Below are positions 26,152-35,667 of a DNA stretch of 64,000 nucleotides, in pieces (within the stretch, counting starts at the first letter, position 1; every line of letters begins with the position of its first letter). The position numbers and the translations under genes are program-made. The DNA is from Janthinobacterium lividum (GTDB lineage Bacteria > Bacteroidota > Bacteroidia > Sphingobacteriales > Sphingobacteriaceae). The stretch is from assembly GCA_050954865.1 (NCBI GenBank), contig JBPBQN010000160.1, positions 695-64,694 of the forward strand, given 5' to 3'. Under the pieces are notes generated by a model that saw only the letters and a program-made list of their open reading frames with translations, ran no database searches and was not told where the DNA came from.

Positions 26152-26433
26152 GTTCTTTTTGCTTGATCAAAAAGGACCAAAAAATCAAGACAAACCCGAT
26201 CCCTCCGGGCGTTTTGTCTTCCCACCACACTTGGGTGGCTAACTTGCAGGCGGCTCTGAAAAGTTCAATAAAAGAGTTAAAAATAGGTTGATAAAAGAAG
26301 TATGAGTGAGCAAGTTGAACACTTCGCAGAGACTCTTGCAAGATAACCACCCAGACGCGGTGGGATGAATGCCGCCCGGAGGCGATCCGAATTGCTTGAA
26401 TTTTTTGGTTCTTTTGTTTCAAGGCAAAAGAAC
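26152..26433. repeat. ~280-nt nested imperfect palindrome
   Basis: The left arm 26152-26250 matches the reverse complement of the right arm 26334-26433 at roughly three-quarters of positions, e.g. ccaaaaaatcaag / cttgaattttttgg and tcccaccacacttgggtggctaacttgcagg / cttgcaagataaccacccagacgcggtggga. A 25-mer repeat copy sits at the centre. Confidence 0.7.
26280..26306 (+). repeat. 25-mer family copy at the centre of the nested palindrome
   Basis: aaaataggttgataaaagaagtatgag. Confidence 0.6.
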
Positions 26434-26469
26434 ATCAAGCCAAGCAACCGCAAGTTTGCTTTCTACAAA

Positions 26470-26485
26470 ATACTTCTTTTACAAC
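26470..26485 (-). repeat. 25-mer family, partial copy
   Basis: atacttcttttacaac. Confidence 0.45.
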
Positions 26486-26488
26486 TCT

Positions 26489-27745
26489 TTATTTCAATTT
26501 AGCAAGCGCTGCTTCAATCCGCGGAATCATCGCTTCAATTTCTGCAACGGTACTTGCACCTAATGAAGCCCGAAACCAGTTTACAGAATGATCCGTACCG
26601 AAAGCAGAAAACGGAACCAAAGCTACCTGTGCTTCTTTTATCAGGTAAAAATTGATGTCTGCCGAGGTTTGTAATAATTGTCCGCCTGGCGTGGTTTTTC
26701 CCGCATAATCTACTTTTAACGTTAAGTAAATCGCGCCCATTGGTGCAATGGCATCTACCGCAAAACCTTTTTCTTTTAAGCTGATGAAACCTTGATATAA
26801 AGTTTCCAGGCTTTTTTGAATATTCTGCCGGAAAGTAGTAAGGTAAGATTTAACAGCCGTATCTTCCTGTAAAAATTTCGCCATGGCAACCTGCTCCGGT
26901 TTTGGCGACCACGCGCCCATGTGCCCAATAATGGCTTTCATGTAATTGATAATGGTTGCCGGACCAAATCCCCAGCCAACACGCACGCCTGTTGCGGCAA
27001 AACATTTAGAACTTCCATCTACAAAAACCACATAATCACGCAGTTCGGGCCGTAAAGAAACCGGATTAAAATGCTCATGATCGCCAAAAGTTAACTGCGA
27101 ATAAATTTGATCGTACAAAATGTATAATGGTTTTTCGCTTTCGTTACGGCTTTTGTTTTCTTCGATTACCAAATCGCAAATCGCTTCCAGATCTTCTTTA
27201 GAAAACATTGTTCCCGTTGGATTTAGCGGAGAACAAAGAGAAAGCAATGCAGCACCTTTTAAATGCGGGCGCAATTCATTTGCCGTTGGCATAAAATTAT
27301 TTTCCGGCTGGGTTTGCACGATAACAGCTTCTGCCCGCAACAAATCGCAATAATGGTTATTGTTCCACGATGGCGCCGGGAAAACCACTTTATCGCCTTC
27401 ATCAACCAAAGCTAAAAAGATGGCATAAATGAGCGGACGGGAACCGCCGGAAATGATAATTTCGTTTGTGCCGTAATCCAGATCAAAGCTCGATTTTAAA
27501 AACTTCGAAACACTTTCACGCAGTTCTAAAACGCCATCAGCAGGCGGATAATTGGTTTGATGCGCTTCGTAAGCTTTAATGATAAGTTGCTGTAATTCTT
27601 CAGGAATCGGGAAAATACCAGAATCAAAATCACCGATGGTTAGGTTGGCAATCTGCTCGCCTTTCTTTTTCAGTTCATTGATTTCGCCGGCAATTTTGAT
27701 AATCTCAGAACCGTGCAGGTTTTGAGCGAGGTTGGAAACTTGCAT
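26489..27745 (-). CDS. class I/II PLP-dependent aminotransferase
   Basis: 418 aa. NPTG motif and the PLP-lysine context DGSSKCFAATGVRVGW. Confidence 0.85.
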   Translation of the reverse strand: MQVSNLAQNLHGSEIIKIAGEINELKKKGEQIANLTIGDFDSGIFPIPEELQQLIIKAYEAHQTNYPPADGVLELRESVSKFLKSSFDLDYGTNEIIISGGSRPLIYAIFLALVDEGDKVVFPAPSWNNNHYCDLLRAEAVIVQTQPENNFMPTANELRPHLKGAALLSLCSPLNPTGTMFSKEDLEAICDLVIEENKSRNESEKPLYILYDQIYSQLTFGDHEHFNPVSLRPELRDYVVFVDGSSKCFAATGVRVGWGFGPATIINYMKAIIGHMGAWSPKPEQVAMAKFLQEDTAVKSYLTTFRQNIQKSLETLYQGFISLKEKGFAVDAIAPMGAIYLTLKVDYAGKTTPGGQLLQTSADINFYLIKEAQVALVPFSAFGTDHSVNWFRASLGASTVAEIEAMIPRIEAALAKLK

Positions 27746-27781
27746 TTTTATTGTTTTAGCAGCAGCAAAGATAATGGTTTG

Positions 27782-27808
27782 AATTTTTAGGTGATAAAAG
27801 AAGTATGC
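27782..27808 (+). repeat. 25-mer family copy
   Basis: aatttttaggtgataaaagaagtatgc. Confidence 0.7.
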
Positions 27809-27838
27809 AGGAAGTTAGGCACAAATGATTAAACTTGA

Positions 27839-28122
27839 GAAAGCCAAAAGCATTTGGGAAAACTGCTGATCTTATCTAAATACATCTTTGTAATTTATGA
27901 AGTGCACAGGCACATTCATATCACGTATAAACATAAAGGAGACAAAACATCTTGCAAATTTTGGTTGGAACCGCGGATAGAAATAGACGAAAACAAAAAG
28001 GTGATTTTGCAGCAAAAGAATTATTAGAAATTAAAAAATTAATTGTTAAAAATCAGCAATTATTGGAGAAGCAATTAGACTTATTTTACAGCAAGCAAAC
28101 CGTAAAAGCAATTAAAAAATGA
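27839..28122 (+). pseudogene. decayed DUF4160-family gene (no ATG, one frameshift)
   Basis: The frame from 27839 reads ..YIFVIYEVHRHIHITYKHKGDKTSCKFWLEPRIEIDENKK, then stops. After a +1 shift in the a-run near 27995-28003 it continues GDFAAKELLEIKKLIVKNQQLLEKQL..KK*. The TGA overlaps the ATG of the next gene. Confidence 0.55.
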
Positions 28123-28295
28123 ATACTTTAGAGAAAAGCATCAGTATAACTAACGTTTGGTTTGATGATCAAAATAGGATGATTCTTGATCTTTCAAACC
28201 AACATTTTGTTTCGATTCCAGCAAATGATTTTGAAGATATTGCGCAGCTTTCTTTTCAGGAAAGAGAAGATTTCGAAATTATTGATGGTGAATAG
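28119..28295 (+). CDS. DUF2442-family small protein (58 aa)
   Basis: Not in the ORF track. Sequence MNTLEKSISITNVWFDDQNRMILDLSNQHFVSIPANDFEDIAQLSFQEREDFEIIDGE. ATGA overlap with the DUF4160 remnant, which is the usual partner arrangement. Confidence 0.6.
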   Translation: MNTLEKSISITNVWFDDQNRMILDLSNQHFVSIPANDFEDIAQLSFQEREDFEIIDGE

Positions 28296-28389
28296 AATAT
28301 CTATCATTTTTGGCAATTGACGAAATTTATGATTTGAATGATTTGCTGGCAAAATACGATCGTTTTTAATTCTTCTATCCAAACAAAAC

Positions 28390-28417
28390 CGCATACTTCT
28401 TTTACCACCTAAAATTT
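28390..28417 (-). repeat. 25-mer family copy
   Basis: gcatacttcttttaccacctaaaatttt. Confidence 0.7.
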
Positions 28418-28428
28418 TCCTGCTAACA

Positions 28429-28459
28429 CTTTGTAATAAAACAATTTCCAGTATCTTTG
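28429..28459 (+). promoter_or_regulatory. Bacteroidota-type promoter for rplM-rpsI-rpsB-tsf
   Basis: TTTG at 28429-28432, 19-nt spacer, TATCTTTG at 28452-28459. Lies 55 nt upstream of the rplM GTG. Confidence 0.55.
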
Positions 28460-28514
28460 CAGTCCCGAAAATTGCGGGGAAAATAAACTGTTTAATTAAT
28501 TTAATACAAAGCAA

Positions 28515-28958
28515 GTGAATACGTTAAGTTACAAAACTGTCTCTGCCAATAAAAAAACCGTTACGAAAGAATGGGTTGTTATTGATGCACAAGGAGAGAT
28601 TTTGGGGCGCTTGTCTTCTAAGATCGCGATGGTGATCAGAGGAAAACACAAGCCAGGCTTCACCCCAAACGTAGACTGCGGTGATAATGTAATTGTTATC
28701 AATGCAGACAAGGTAAAACTGACCGGAAACAAATTCAGTGAAAAAGAATATGTTTCTTACACTGGTTATCCGGGCGGTCAAAAATTCATTTCTCCTAAGG
28801 AGTTAATGGCAAAACATCCAACCCGCGTGGTAGAAAAAGCGGTGCGTGGTATGTTACCTAAAACACGTTTGGGCAAAGCCTTATTTGGTAATCTGCACGT
28901 TTACGCAGGTGCCGAGCATCCGCATGAAGCACAAACCCCTAAAATCATTACACTTTAA
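28515..28958 (+). CDS. rplM: 50S ribosomal protein L13
   Basis: 147 aa, GTG start. KEWVVIDAQGEILGRLSSKIA and GYPGG motifs. Confidence 0.95.
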   Translation: MNTLSYKTVSANKKTVTKEWVVIDAQGEILGRLSSKIAMVIRGKHKPGFTPNVDCGDNVIVINADKVKLTGNKFSEKEYVSYTGYPGGQKFISPKELMAKHPTRVVEKAVRGMLPKTRLGKALFGNLHVYAGAEHPHEAQTPKIITL

Positions 28959-28977
28959 TTTTTAAAGGAGAAAAAGA

Positions 28978-29364
28978 ATGTCAGTTACCAACACATCCGG
29001 CAGGAGAAAAACTGCAGTTGCCCGCATTTATCTGCAAGAAGGCAACGGAGCCATTATTGTGAATGGCAAAGATTACAAAGAGTATTTTCCAACCTTACCA
29101 TTGCAATATGTGGTTACCCAATCATTAGAAGTTTCTGGTTCTACCGGAAAATTTGATGTGAAAGTTAACGTAGCAGGCGGCGGCGTAAACGGACAGGCTG
29201 GTGCCGTTCGTTTGGCAATTGCCAAAGCTATTGTAGAGTTAGATGCTGAAAAGAAACCAGGATTGAGCGCAAAAGGTTTGATGACACGTGATGACCGTAT
29301 GGTTGAGCGTAAAAAACCAGGCCGTAAAAAAGCTCGTCGTAAATTCCAGTTCAGTAAACGTTAA
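28978..29364 (+). CDS. rpsI: 30S ribosomal protein S9
   Basis: 128 aa. GRRKTAVARIYL and a C-terminal KKARRKFQFSKR. Confidence 0.95.
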   Translation: MSVTNTSGRRKTAVARIYLQEGNGAIIVNGKDYKEYFPTLPLQYVVTQSLEVSGSTGKFDVKVNVAGGGVNGQAGAVRLAIAKAIVELDAEKKPGLSAKGLMTRDDRMVERKKPGRKKARRKFQFSKR

Positions 29365-29385
29365 TTTTTTAAGGAGAACAACACA

Positions 29386-30246
29386 ATGGCAAGAACAACA
29401 TATCAGGATTTACTGGATGCAGGTGTACACTTTGGTCACCTTACCCGTAAATGGGATCCGAAAATGGCGCAGTACATTTTCATGGAGCGCAATGGCATCC
29501 ACATTATCGATTTAAATAAAACTTTAAGTAAAGTTGATGACGCTGCGGCGGCTATCAAACAAATTGTAAAATCAGGTCGTAAAGTATTATTCGTTGCTAC
29601 TAAAAAGCAAGGAAAAGACTTGGTTGCTGATTTTGCAAAATCTGTAAACATGCCTTTCGTAACCGAGCGTTGGTTGGGTGGTATGTTAACTAACTTCCAA
29701 ACTGTTCGCAAGTCAATCAAAAAGATGTCTAACATCGATAAGATGACTAAAGATGGTACGTACAGCATTCTTTCTAAAAAAGAAAGATTGATGATTCAGC
29801 GTGAGCGTATTAAATTAGAATCACTTTTGGGTGGTATTGCTGATTTAAACCGTTTGCCAGCTGCTTTATTTTTGGTTGATGTGAAGAAAGAGCACATTGC
29901 TGTTTCTGAAGCATTAAAACTGAACATTCCTACGTTTGCAATGGTGGATACCAATTCTGATCCATCAAACATTGATTTCCCGATTCCGGCAAATGATGAT
30001 GCAACCAAATCGATTTCTTTAATCTGCGGTATCATTACCAAAGCCATTGAAGAAGGTTTGGATGAGCGTAAACGTGATAAAGAAGACGAAACTGAAAAAG
30101 AAGCCGCTGCTGCAAAAGCTAAAGCTGATGCACCACAAGATGCTGCCGTTGCTGAAGGAACACGCCGCAGAAGAGCTGCTGCAGAAACTGAAGCATCTGC
30201 AAATGTTATTGACAGCACAGGTACTGAAGGACACGGAGCTGCTTAA
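29386..30246 (+). CDS. rpsB: 30S ribosomal protein S2 with an acidic/alanine-rich C-terminal extension
   Basis: 286 aa. LLDAGVHFGH, TERWLGGMLTN and VDTNSDP motifs, plus an E/A/K-rich tail of about 50 aa. Confidence 0.95.
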   Translation: MARTTYQDLLDAGVHFGHLTRKWDPKMAQYIFMERNGIHIIDLNKTLSKVDDAAAAIKQIVKSGRKVLFVATKKQGKDLVADFAKSVNMPFVTERWLGGMLTNFQTVRKSIKKMSNIDKMTKDGTYSILSKKERLMIQRERIKLESLLGGIADLNRLPAALFLVDVKKEHIAVSEALKLNIPTFAMVDTNSDPSNIDFPIPANDDATKSISLICGIITKAIEEGLDERKRDKEDETEKEAAAAKAKADAPQDAAVAEGTRRRRAAAETEASANVIDSTGTEGHGAA

Positions 30247-30286
30247 TTCCTTTTTTCGACATAAAGGAAAAACAATAATTTAAAAT

Positions 30287-30337
30287 TTTCGGGTTGTGGG
30301 TTTAAGTTTGAGAAACTTGTAATCTTCAACCCGAAAT
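30287..30337 (+). promoter_or_regulatory. nested hairpin in the rpsB-tsf intergenic region
   Basis: Outer stem tttcgggttg / caacccgaaa (10 bp) encloses an inner aagttt-gag-aaactt hairpin. Confidence 0.35.
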
Positions 30338-30403
30338 CAAATATTAACTGTTGTAATTGAGTTTTAAAAGCTCATTTTTTACAACTTATCAAATTAAAAA
30401 GAT

Positions 30404-31255
30404 ATGTCAACAGTACAAATTTCTGCAGCAGACGTAAACAAATTGCGCCAGCAAACCGGAGCCGGAATGATGGATTGCAAAAAAGCACTGACTGAATCTA
30501 ACGGTGATTTCGAAGCAGCTATTGATTACCTGCGCAAAAAAGGTGCTAAAGTTGCTGCCAGCCGTTCAGATCGTGAATTGAATGAAGGTGTTGTAATTGC
30601 ACGCACAACCAATGATGGTACACGTGGAGTTTTGATTGAATTAAATTGCGAAACTGATTTCGTAGCTAAAAATGCTGCGTTTATTGCTTTTGCAAATGAT
30701 ATTGCCAACCGTGCAGTAGAAGAAAAACCAGCAGACATTGCAGCTTTAACTGCTTTGGGCGTAGATGTTGATAATGATCGTTTAACGATTAGCGATGCGA
30801 TTTTAGATCAAACCGGAAAAATCGGTGAAAAAATCAGCATTTCTAAATACGAAGTTCTGGAAGGAACACGCGTTGTGCCTTACATTCACGGAAATTTCCG
30901 TTTAGGTGTTTTGGTTGCTTTAAATCAAGTTGCTGATGGTGTTGATGAAGCCGGAAAAGACGTAGCGATGCAAATTGCTGCTATGAATCCGGTTGCTATT
31001 GATAAAGGTGATGTTGATGCAACCACCATCCAACGTGAACTGGATATTGCGAAAGAGCAAATTCGGGCAGAAGGAAAACCGGAAGAAATGGTAGAAAAAA
31101 TCTCTCAGGGAAAACTGAATAAATTCTACAAAGATTCTACTTTATTGAATCAGGAATTTGTAAAAGATTCATCCAAAACCATTACTCAGTTTTTAAATGG
31201 CGTCCAAAAAGGACTAACGGTAACAGCTTTTAAAAGAGTTGCTTTAGGCTCTTAA
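30404..31255 (+). CDS. tsf: elongation factor Ts
   Basis: 283 aa. LRQQTGAGMMDCKKAL UBA-like N-terminus and LNCETDFVAKN. Confidence 0.95.
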   Translation: MSTVQISAADVNKLRQQTGAGMMDCKKALTESNGDFEAAIDYLRKKGAKVAASRSDRELNEGVVIARTTNDGTRGVLIELNCETDFVAKNAAFIAFANDIANRAVEEKPADIAALTALGVDVDNDRLTISDAILDQTGKIGEKISISKYEVLEGTRVVPYIHGNFRLGVLVALNQVADGVDEAGKDVAMQIAAMNPVAIDKGDVDATTIQRELDIAKEQIRAEGKPEEMVEKISQGKLNKFYKDSTLLNQEFVKDSSKTITQFLNGVQKGLTVTAFKRVALGS

Positions 31256-31266
31256 ATAATCATTCA

Positions 31267-31297
31267 AATCCCCGCCTAATCAGCGGGGATTTTTTTT
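31267..31297 (+). terminator. intrinsic terminator after tsf
   Basis: aatccccgc-ctaatca-gcggggatt (9 bp) followed by ttttttt. Confidence 0.85.
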
Positions 31298-31320
31298 GTG
31301 CTTTTTTTATCGGTATAAAA

Positions 31321-32448
31321 ATGACGACTGCTTTTTACAATTCAAAACTGATTACCAACGGAACCATCTCCGAAGGAAAAGTAGTTTTAGTTGAAAACGG
31401 TTTGGTAACCGATATTATTGATCAACACCAATTTTTACCCGATAAAAACAGCATCAACCTAAACGGTGCTTACCTTGCTCCTGGCCTGATCGATTTGCAA
31501 ATTTATGGTTGCGGCAATTCTTTATTCGGAGGAAAACCAACGGTTGAAGCTTTGCAGGAAATGGAAACTGGTTTGCTGCAACAAGGTACAACAGGCTTTT
31601 TTGCTACAATTGCTACCAACACAACCGAAATTGTTTTACAAGGAATTGAAGCCGCAAAAACATACCGTAAAAACAGCATCGGTAATTTTTTGGGTTTGCA
31701 TCTGGAAGGTCCGTTTCTCAACCCAAAACGAAAAGGTGCACATCCGGAGAACTTAATCCGCAAAGCTGGTTTACAGGAATTGAAACATTGGTTTGATCTC
31801 GCCGAAGGTGAAATTAAAATGATGACCGTTGCGCCGGAATTGCAAAGCGATGAAGTGTTGGATTTTCTGGATCAGCAAAATATAATTTTATCTGCCGGAC
31901 ACAGCAATGCTTCTTTTACCGAGGCAAATCGTTTTTTAAAATCGCCCGTAAAAGCGGTAACGCATCTTTACAATGCCATGCCGCAAATGCACCATCGCGA
32001 ACCTGGTTTTATTCCGGCCATTTTTGAGCAAAAGCCTTTTACAAGCATTGTTCCGGATGGAATTCATGTCGATTTTTCGATGATCCGATTGGCGAAACGT
32101 GAATTGCGCGACAAGCTTTTCATCATTACAGATGCGGTAACGGCAAGTAATAAAGGCGTTTATCAGCATAAATTCAACCAGAATCATTACGTAATGCCGG
32201 ATGGAACGTTGTCTGGCTCAGCTTTGACGATGTTAAAAGGCGTACAAAATTGTGTTGAGTTTGCAGGTATTGATTTGGCAGAATCGATTAATATGGCTTC
32301 GCTTTATCCGGCACAATTATTAAAAGACGAACAAATAGGTCGGGTTAAAAAAGGCTGCCGTGCAGATTTCATCGTATTTAATGCAGATTTTGAGCATTTG
32401 GGTACTGTTTTTAACCAGCAATTTTTACAACATCAGCCCAAAAACTAA
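31321..32448 (+). CDS. nagA: N-acetylglucosamine-6-phosphate deacetylase
   Basis: 375 aa. [26 protein letters not shown] and HLYNAM motifs. Confidence 0.85.
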   Translation: MTTAFYNSKLITNGTISEGKVVLVENGLVTDIIDQHQFLPDKNSINLNGAYLAPGLIDLQIYGCGNSLFGGKPTVEALQEMETGLLQQGTTGFFATIATNTTEIVLQGIEAAKTYRKNSIGNFLGLHLEGPFLNPKRKGAHPENLIRKAGLQELKHWFDLAEGEIKMMTVAPELQSDEVLDFLDQQNIILSAGHSNASFTEANRFLKSPVKAVTHLYNAMPQMHHREPGFIPAIFEQKPFTSIVPDGIHVDFSMIRLAKRELRDKLFIITDAVTASNKGVYQHKFNQNHYVMPDGTLSGSALTMLKGVQNCVEFAGIDLAESINMASLYPAQLLKDEQIGRVKKGCRADFIVFNADFEHLGTVFNQQFLQHQPKN

Positions 32449-32479
32449 TTTTTATACTTATTATATATTTTCCCTGAAC

Positions 32480-33184
32480 ATGAAATACAAAAGAATCCTC
32501 CTGAAATTAAGCGGTGAATCCTTGATGGGCGACCGCCAGTACGGCATTGACAACAAACGTGTTTTACAGTATGCAGAGGATATTAAAAGTGTGTTTGAAT
32601 CGGGAATGGAAATAGCCGTTGTAGTTGGAGGAGGAAATATTTTCCGCGGATTAAGTGCAGAAAAATCCGGAATGGAGCGCGCGCAAGCCGATTATATGGG
32701 CATGCTGGCCACCGTGATTAATTGCATGGCTTTGCAAAGTGCGCTGGAAGGAATTGGCGTAGAAACACGTTTGCAATCAGCCATTAAAATGGAGCAGATT
32801 TGCGAACCTTACATCCGCCGCCGTGCCATGACACATCTGGAAACCGGCCGCGTGGTAATTTTTGGTGCCGGAACCGGAAATCCATATTTCACAACTGACA
32901 CTGCTGCTTCTTTGCGCGCCATTGAAATTAAAGCTGATGTAGTTTTGAAAGGAACTCGTGTAGATGGGATTTATTCTGCTGATCCGGAGAAAGATCCGTT
33001 AGCGGTTCGTTATGACGAAATTACATTTCAGGAAGTGTACGATAAAGGTTTGAATGTGATGGACATGACGGCAATTACGTTGTGCCAGGAAAACAAGCTG
33101 CCCATCATCGTTTTTGATATGAACAAAACCGGCAATTTCAAAAAAATTGCGGATGGCGAACGGATTGGAACATTGGTTCACTAA
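32480..33184 (+). CDS. pyrH: UMP kinase
   Basis: [13 protein letters not shown] start at 32480, then GGGNIFRG. The track's 32360 start would overlap nagA by 89 nt and adds a non-homologous N-terminus. Confidence 0.9.
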   Translation: MKYKRILLKLSGESLMGDRQYGIDNKRVLQYAEDIKSVFESGMEIAVVVGGGNIFRGLSAEKSGMERAQADYMGMLATVINCMALQSALEGIGVETRLQSAIKMEQICEPYIRRRAMTHLETGRVVIFGAGTGNPYFTTDTAASLRAIEIKADVVLKGTRVDGIYSADPEKDPLAVRYDEITFQEVYDKGLNVMDMTAITLCQENKLPIIVFDMNKTGNFKKIADGERIGTLVH

Positions 33185-33210
33185 TTTTAGATCGATAAAA
33201 ACAGCATCGG
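33183..33210 (+). repeat. 25-mer family copy overlapping the pyrH stop
   Basis: aattttagatcgataaaaacagcatcgg. Confidence 0.75.
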
Positions 33211-33236
33211 CTTTAAACTTTTTAGAACAGTATTTT

Positions 33237-33244
33237 TACTTTTG
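33237..33244 (+). promoter_or_regulatory. -7 box for frr
   Basis: TACTTTTG, 19 nt upstream of ATG 33264. Confidence 0.4.
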
Positions 33245-33263
33245 CCCTAAATAAACAGCAGCA

Positions 33264-33827
33264 ATGAGCGAACTCATTAAAACACAATTAAAAGATACCA
33301 AAGCTCAAATGGAACGCGCCATTGAGCATTTAGATAGCGAATTATTAAAAGTGCGTGCCGGAAAAGCATCTCCAGCAATGTTAGACGGCCTTTTTGTAGA
33401 TTATTATGGAACAGCAACACCTTTAGCACAGGTTGGCAGCGTTAACTCGCCGGATGCGCGTACTTTGGTGATCCAGCCCTGGGAAAAAGCATTGTTGGGT
33501 CCGATTGAAAAAGCGATTATCGAATCAAACCTCAGCTTAAATCCGCAAAACGATGGTCAGATTATTCGCATCAACGTACCGCCATTAACTGAAGAACGCC
33601 GGAAAGACCTGGTAAAAAAAGCACACGCTGAAGCAGAAAATGGTAAAATTACCATCCGCAACATTCGGAAAGATGCCAACGAGAAAATCAAAAAGTTTAA
33701 AACGGAAGGCGTTTCGGAAGATGACATCAAAGTTGGCGAAGGCGATGTACAAAAGTTGACTGATAGCTACATTATAAAAGTTGATCAGCTGGCCAGTGTG
33801 AAGGAAAAAGATATTATGACGGTGTAA
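33264..33827 (+). CDS. frr: ribosome recycling factor
   Basis: 187 aa. LKVRAGKASPAMLD, IRINVPPLTEERR and IRNIRKDANE. Confidence 0.95.
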   Translation: MSELIKTQLKDTKAQMERAIEHLDSELLKVRAGKASPAMLDGLFVDYYGTATPLAQVGSVNSPDARTLVIQPWEKALLGPIEKAIIESNLSLNPQNDGQIIRINVPPLTEERRKDLVKKAHAEAENGKITIRNIRKDANEKIKKFKTEGVSEDDIKVGEGDVQKLTDSYIIKVDQLASVKEKDIMTV

Positions 33828-33850
33828 AAACTATTTTTAAATTACTTTAG

Positions 33851-33884
33851 AGAGGGAATATCCGCACGGCGATTCCCTCTTTTT
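33851..33884 (+). terminator. intrinsic terminator after frr
   Basis: agagggaat...attccctct (9 bp) followed by tttt. Confidence 0.8.
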
Positions 33885-33894
33885 ATTTTATACT

Positions 33895-35649
33895 ATGAAG
33901 TTACTGATTACTTATTTGAAGGCGCATCGCGGCGTTGTTATGCTGGCACTGTTTTTAGCAGCTATAAATCAAGCGTTTTCGCTGCTTGATCCTTATATTA
34001 CCGGCCGGATTGTAGATCGTTTTATTAATAAAGCTGGCGTGTTACAACGTCATGATTACATTTACGGCGTGTTGGGTTTGGTAGGATTAGCGGTTAGCGC
34101 GGCCATGGTTTCGCGCATTGCCAAAAATTTTCAGGATTATTATACCAATATTATCACCCAGAAAGTTGGCGCACGCATGTATGCTGATGGTTTGGAACAT
34201 TCGTTGAAATTGCCTTATCAGGTTTTTGAAGATCAGCGAAGCGGAGAAACGCTGGGCATTTTGCAAAAAGTACGCCTCGATACTGAAAAGTTTATTACTT
34301 CTTTTATCAGTGTTTTGTTTGTGAGCCTGATTGGGATGATTTTCGTGATCGTTTATTCGCTCAGCGTAAGTTATAAAGTAACGCTGATTTACTTCGCCGC
34401 CATCCCGATTATCACCTTTGTGAGCATGTTTTTGAGCCGGAAAATCAAAACGATTCAGAAAAAAATCGTTTCGCAAACTACGGCACTGGCTGGTTCTACT
34501 ACAGAATCATTGCGGAATATCGAACTGATTAAGAGTTTAGGTTTGGCTGGGCAAGAAATCAAACGCCTGAACAAAACCACGTATCAAATCCTCGACCTCG
34601 AACTAAAAAAGGTAAAATACGTGCGCAGCATGAGTTTTGCGCAAGGCACAACCGTCAACTTTGTGCGCAGCGGTATGCTGATCGTTTTGCTGATTTTGAT
34701 ATTTGAAAAAACGATTTCAGCCGGACAATATTTCACGTTTTTGTTTTACTCTTTTTTCCTGTTTAATCCTTTGCAGGAACTGGGCAACGTTATTTTATCG
34801 TGGCGGGAATCAGAAGTTTCGCTAAATAACTTCAAACAGATTTTAAGTACCGAAATTGATGTAAAACCAGAAAATCCGGTTCATCTGCCAAAAATTAACA
34901 CTTTAACTTTTGACGAAGTAAGTTTTAAACACCTCACCGGAAAGCGAAACGCGATCAGCAATATTGCTTTTAGCGTTCAAAATGGAGAAACGATTGCTTT
35001 TGTTGGTCCTTCCGGTTCCGGGAAAACCACGCTGGTAAAAATGCTGGTTGGTTTGTATCAACCGTTGAATGGAAAAGTGCTTTACAACAACATCAGCAGC
35101 AAGGAAATCGATCTGGATCAGCTGCGCGAAAAAATCGGTTTTGTAACACAGGATACACAATTATTCTCTGGAACAATCCGCGAAAATCTGCTTTTTGTTC
35201 AGCCTAAAGCAACAGATGAAGAATGTTTATCGGCCATGAAACGGGCAGCTTGCTACAATTTACTGGCGCGTGCAGAAAACGGTTTGGATACGGTAATTGG
35301 TGAAGGCGGCGTGAAGGTTTCGGGCGGAGAAAAACAGCGTTTATCCATTGCCAGAGCATTGTTGCGCAAGCCTGATTTGCTGGTTTTTGATGAAGCTACA
35401 TCTTCCTTAGATTCAATTACGGAAGAAGAAATCTCCAAAACAATCCGCGATGTTTCTGAGCAGGAAAACCATATTACAATTTTGATTGCGCATCGTTTAT
35501 CAACTATTTTACATGCTGACCGGATTTATGTTTTGGAAAAAGGTCAGATTATTGAATCTGGAAAACATACAGAATTACTGGATTTGAAAGGTTTATATTA
35601 TGCCATGTGGCGCCAGCAAATCGGCGAAAGAACGGAAGCGGAAGTGTAG
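33895..35649 (+). CDS. ABC transporter, fused permease/ATPase (exporter type)
   Basis: 584 aa. Six-TM N-terminal half, Walker A GPSGSGKTT, signature VSGGEKQR, Walker B LLVFDEATSSLD. Confidence 0.85.
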   Translation: MKLLITYLKAHRGVVMLALFLAAINQAFSLLDPYITGRIVDRFINKAGVLQRHDYIYGVLGLVGLAVSAAMVSRIAKNFQDYYTNIITQKVGARMYADGLEHSLKLPYQVFEDQRSGETLGILQKVRLDTEKFITSFISVLFVSLIGMIFVIVYSLSVSYKVTLIYFAAIPIITFVSMFLSRKIKTIQKKIVSQTTALAGSTTESLRNIELIKSLGLAGQEIKRLNKTTYQILDLELKKVKYVRSMSFAQGTTVNFVRSGMLIVLLILIFEKTISAGQYFTFLFYSFFLFNPLQELGNVILSWRESEVSLNNFKQILSTEIDVKPENPVHLPKINTLTFDEVSFKHLTGKRNAISNIAFSVQNGETIAFVGPSGSGKTTLVKMLVGLYQPLNGKVLYNNISSKEIDLDQLREKIGFVTQDTQLFSGTIRENLLFVQPKATDEECLSAMKRAACYNLLARAENGLDTVIGEGGVKVSGGEKQRLSIARALLRKPDLLVFDEATSSLDSITEEEISKTIRDVSEQENHITILIAHRLSTILHADRIYVLEKGQIIESGKHTELLDLKGLYYAMWRQQIGERTEAEV

Positions 35650-35667
35650 ACTGTTATTGACAAATTT

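Noticed and set aside
26108-26422. 104-aa minus-strand ORF (and the + strand ORF 26369..26563)
   Set aside because: Both lie inside the nested palindrome and repeat copies. The sequence is repeat-derived, with no coding-like signature.
28194-28514. 106-aa minus-strand ORF upstream of rplM
   Set aside because: It overlaps the DUF2442 ORF on the opposite strand, a 25-mer repeat and the rplM promoter. I recognise no family.
32360-32479. N-terminal extension of pyrH given by the ORF track
   Set aside because: It would overlap nagA by 89 nt and adds a hydrophobic non-homologous leader. The canonical [13 protein letters not shown] start is at 32480.
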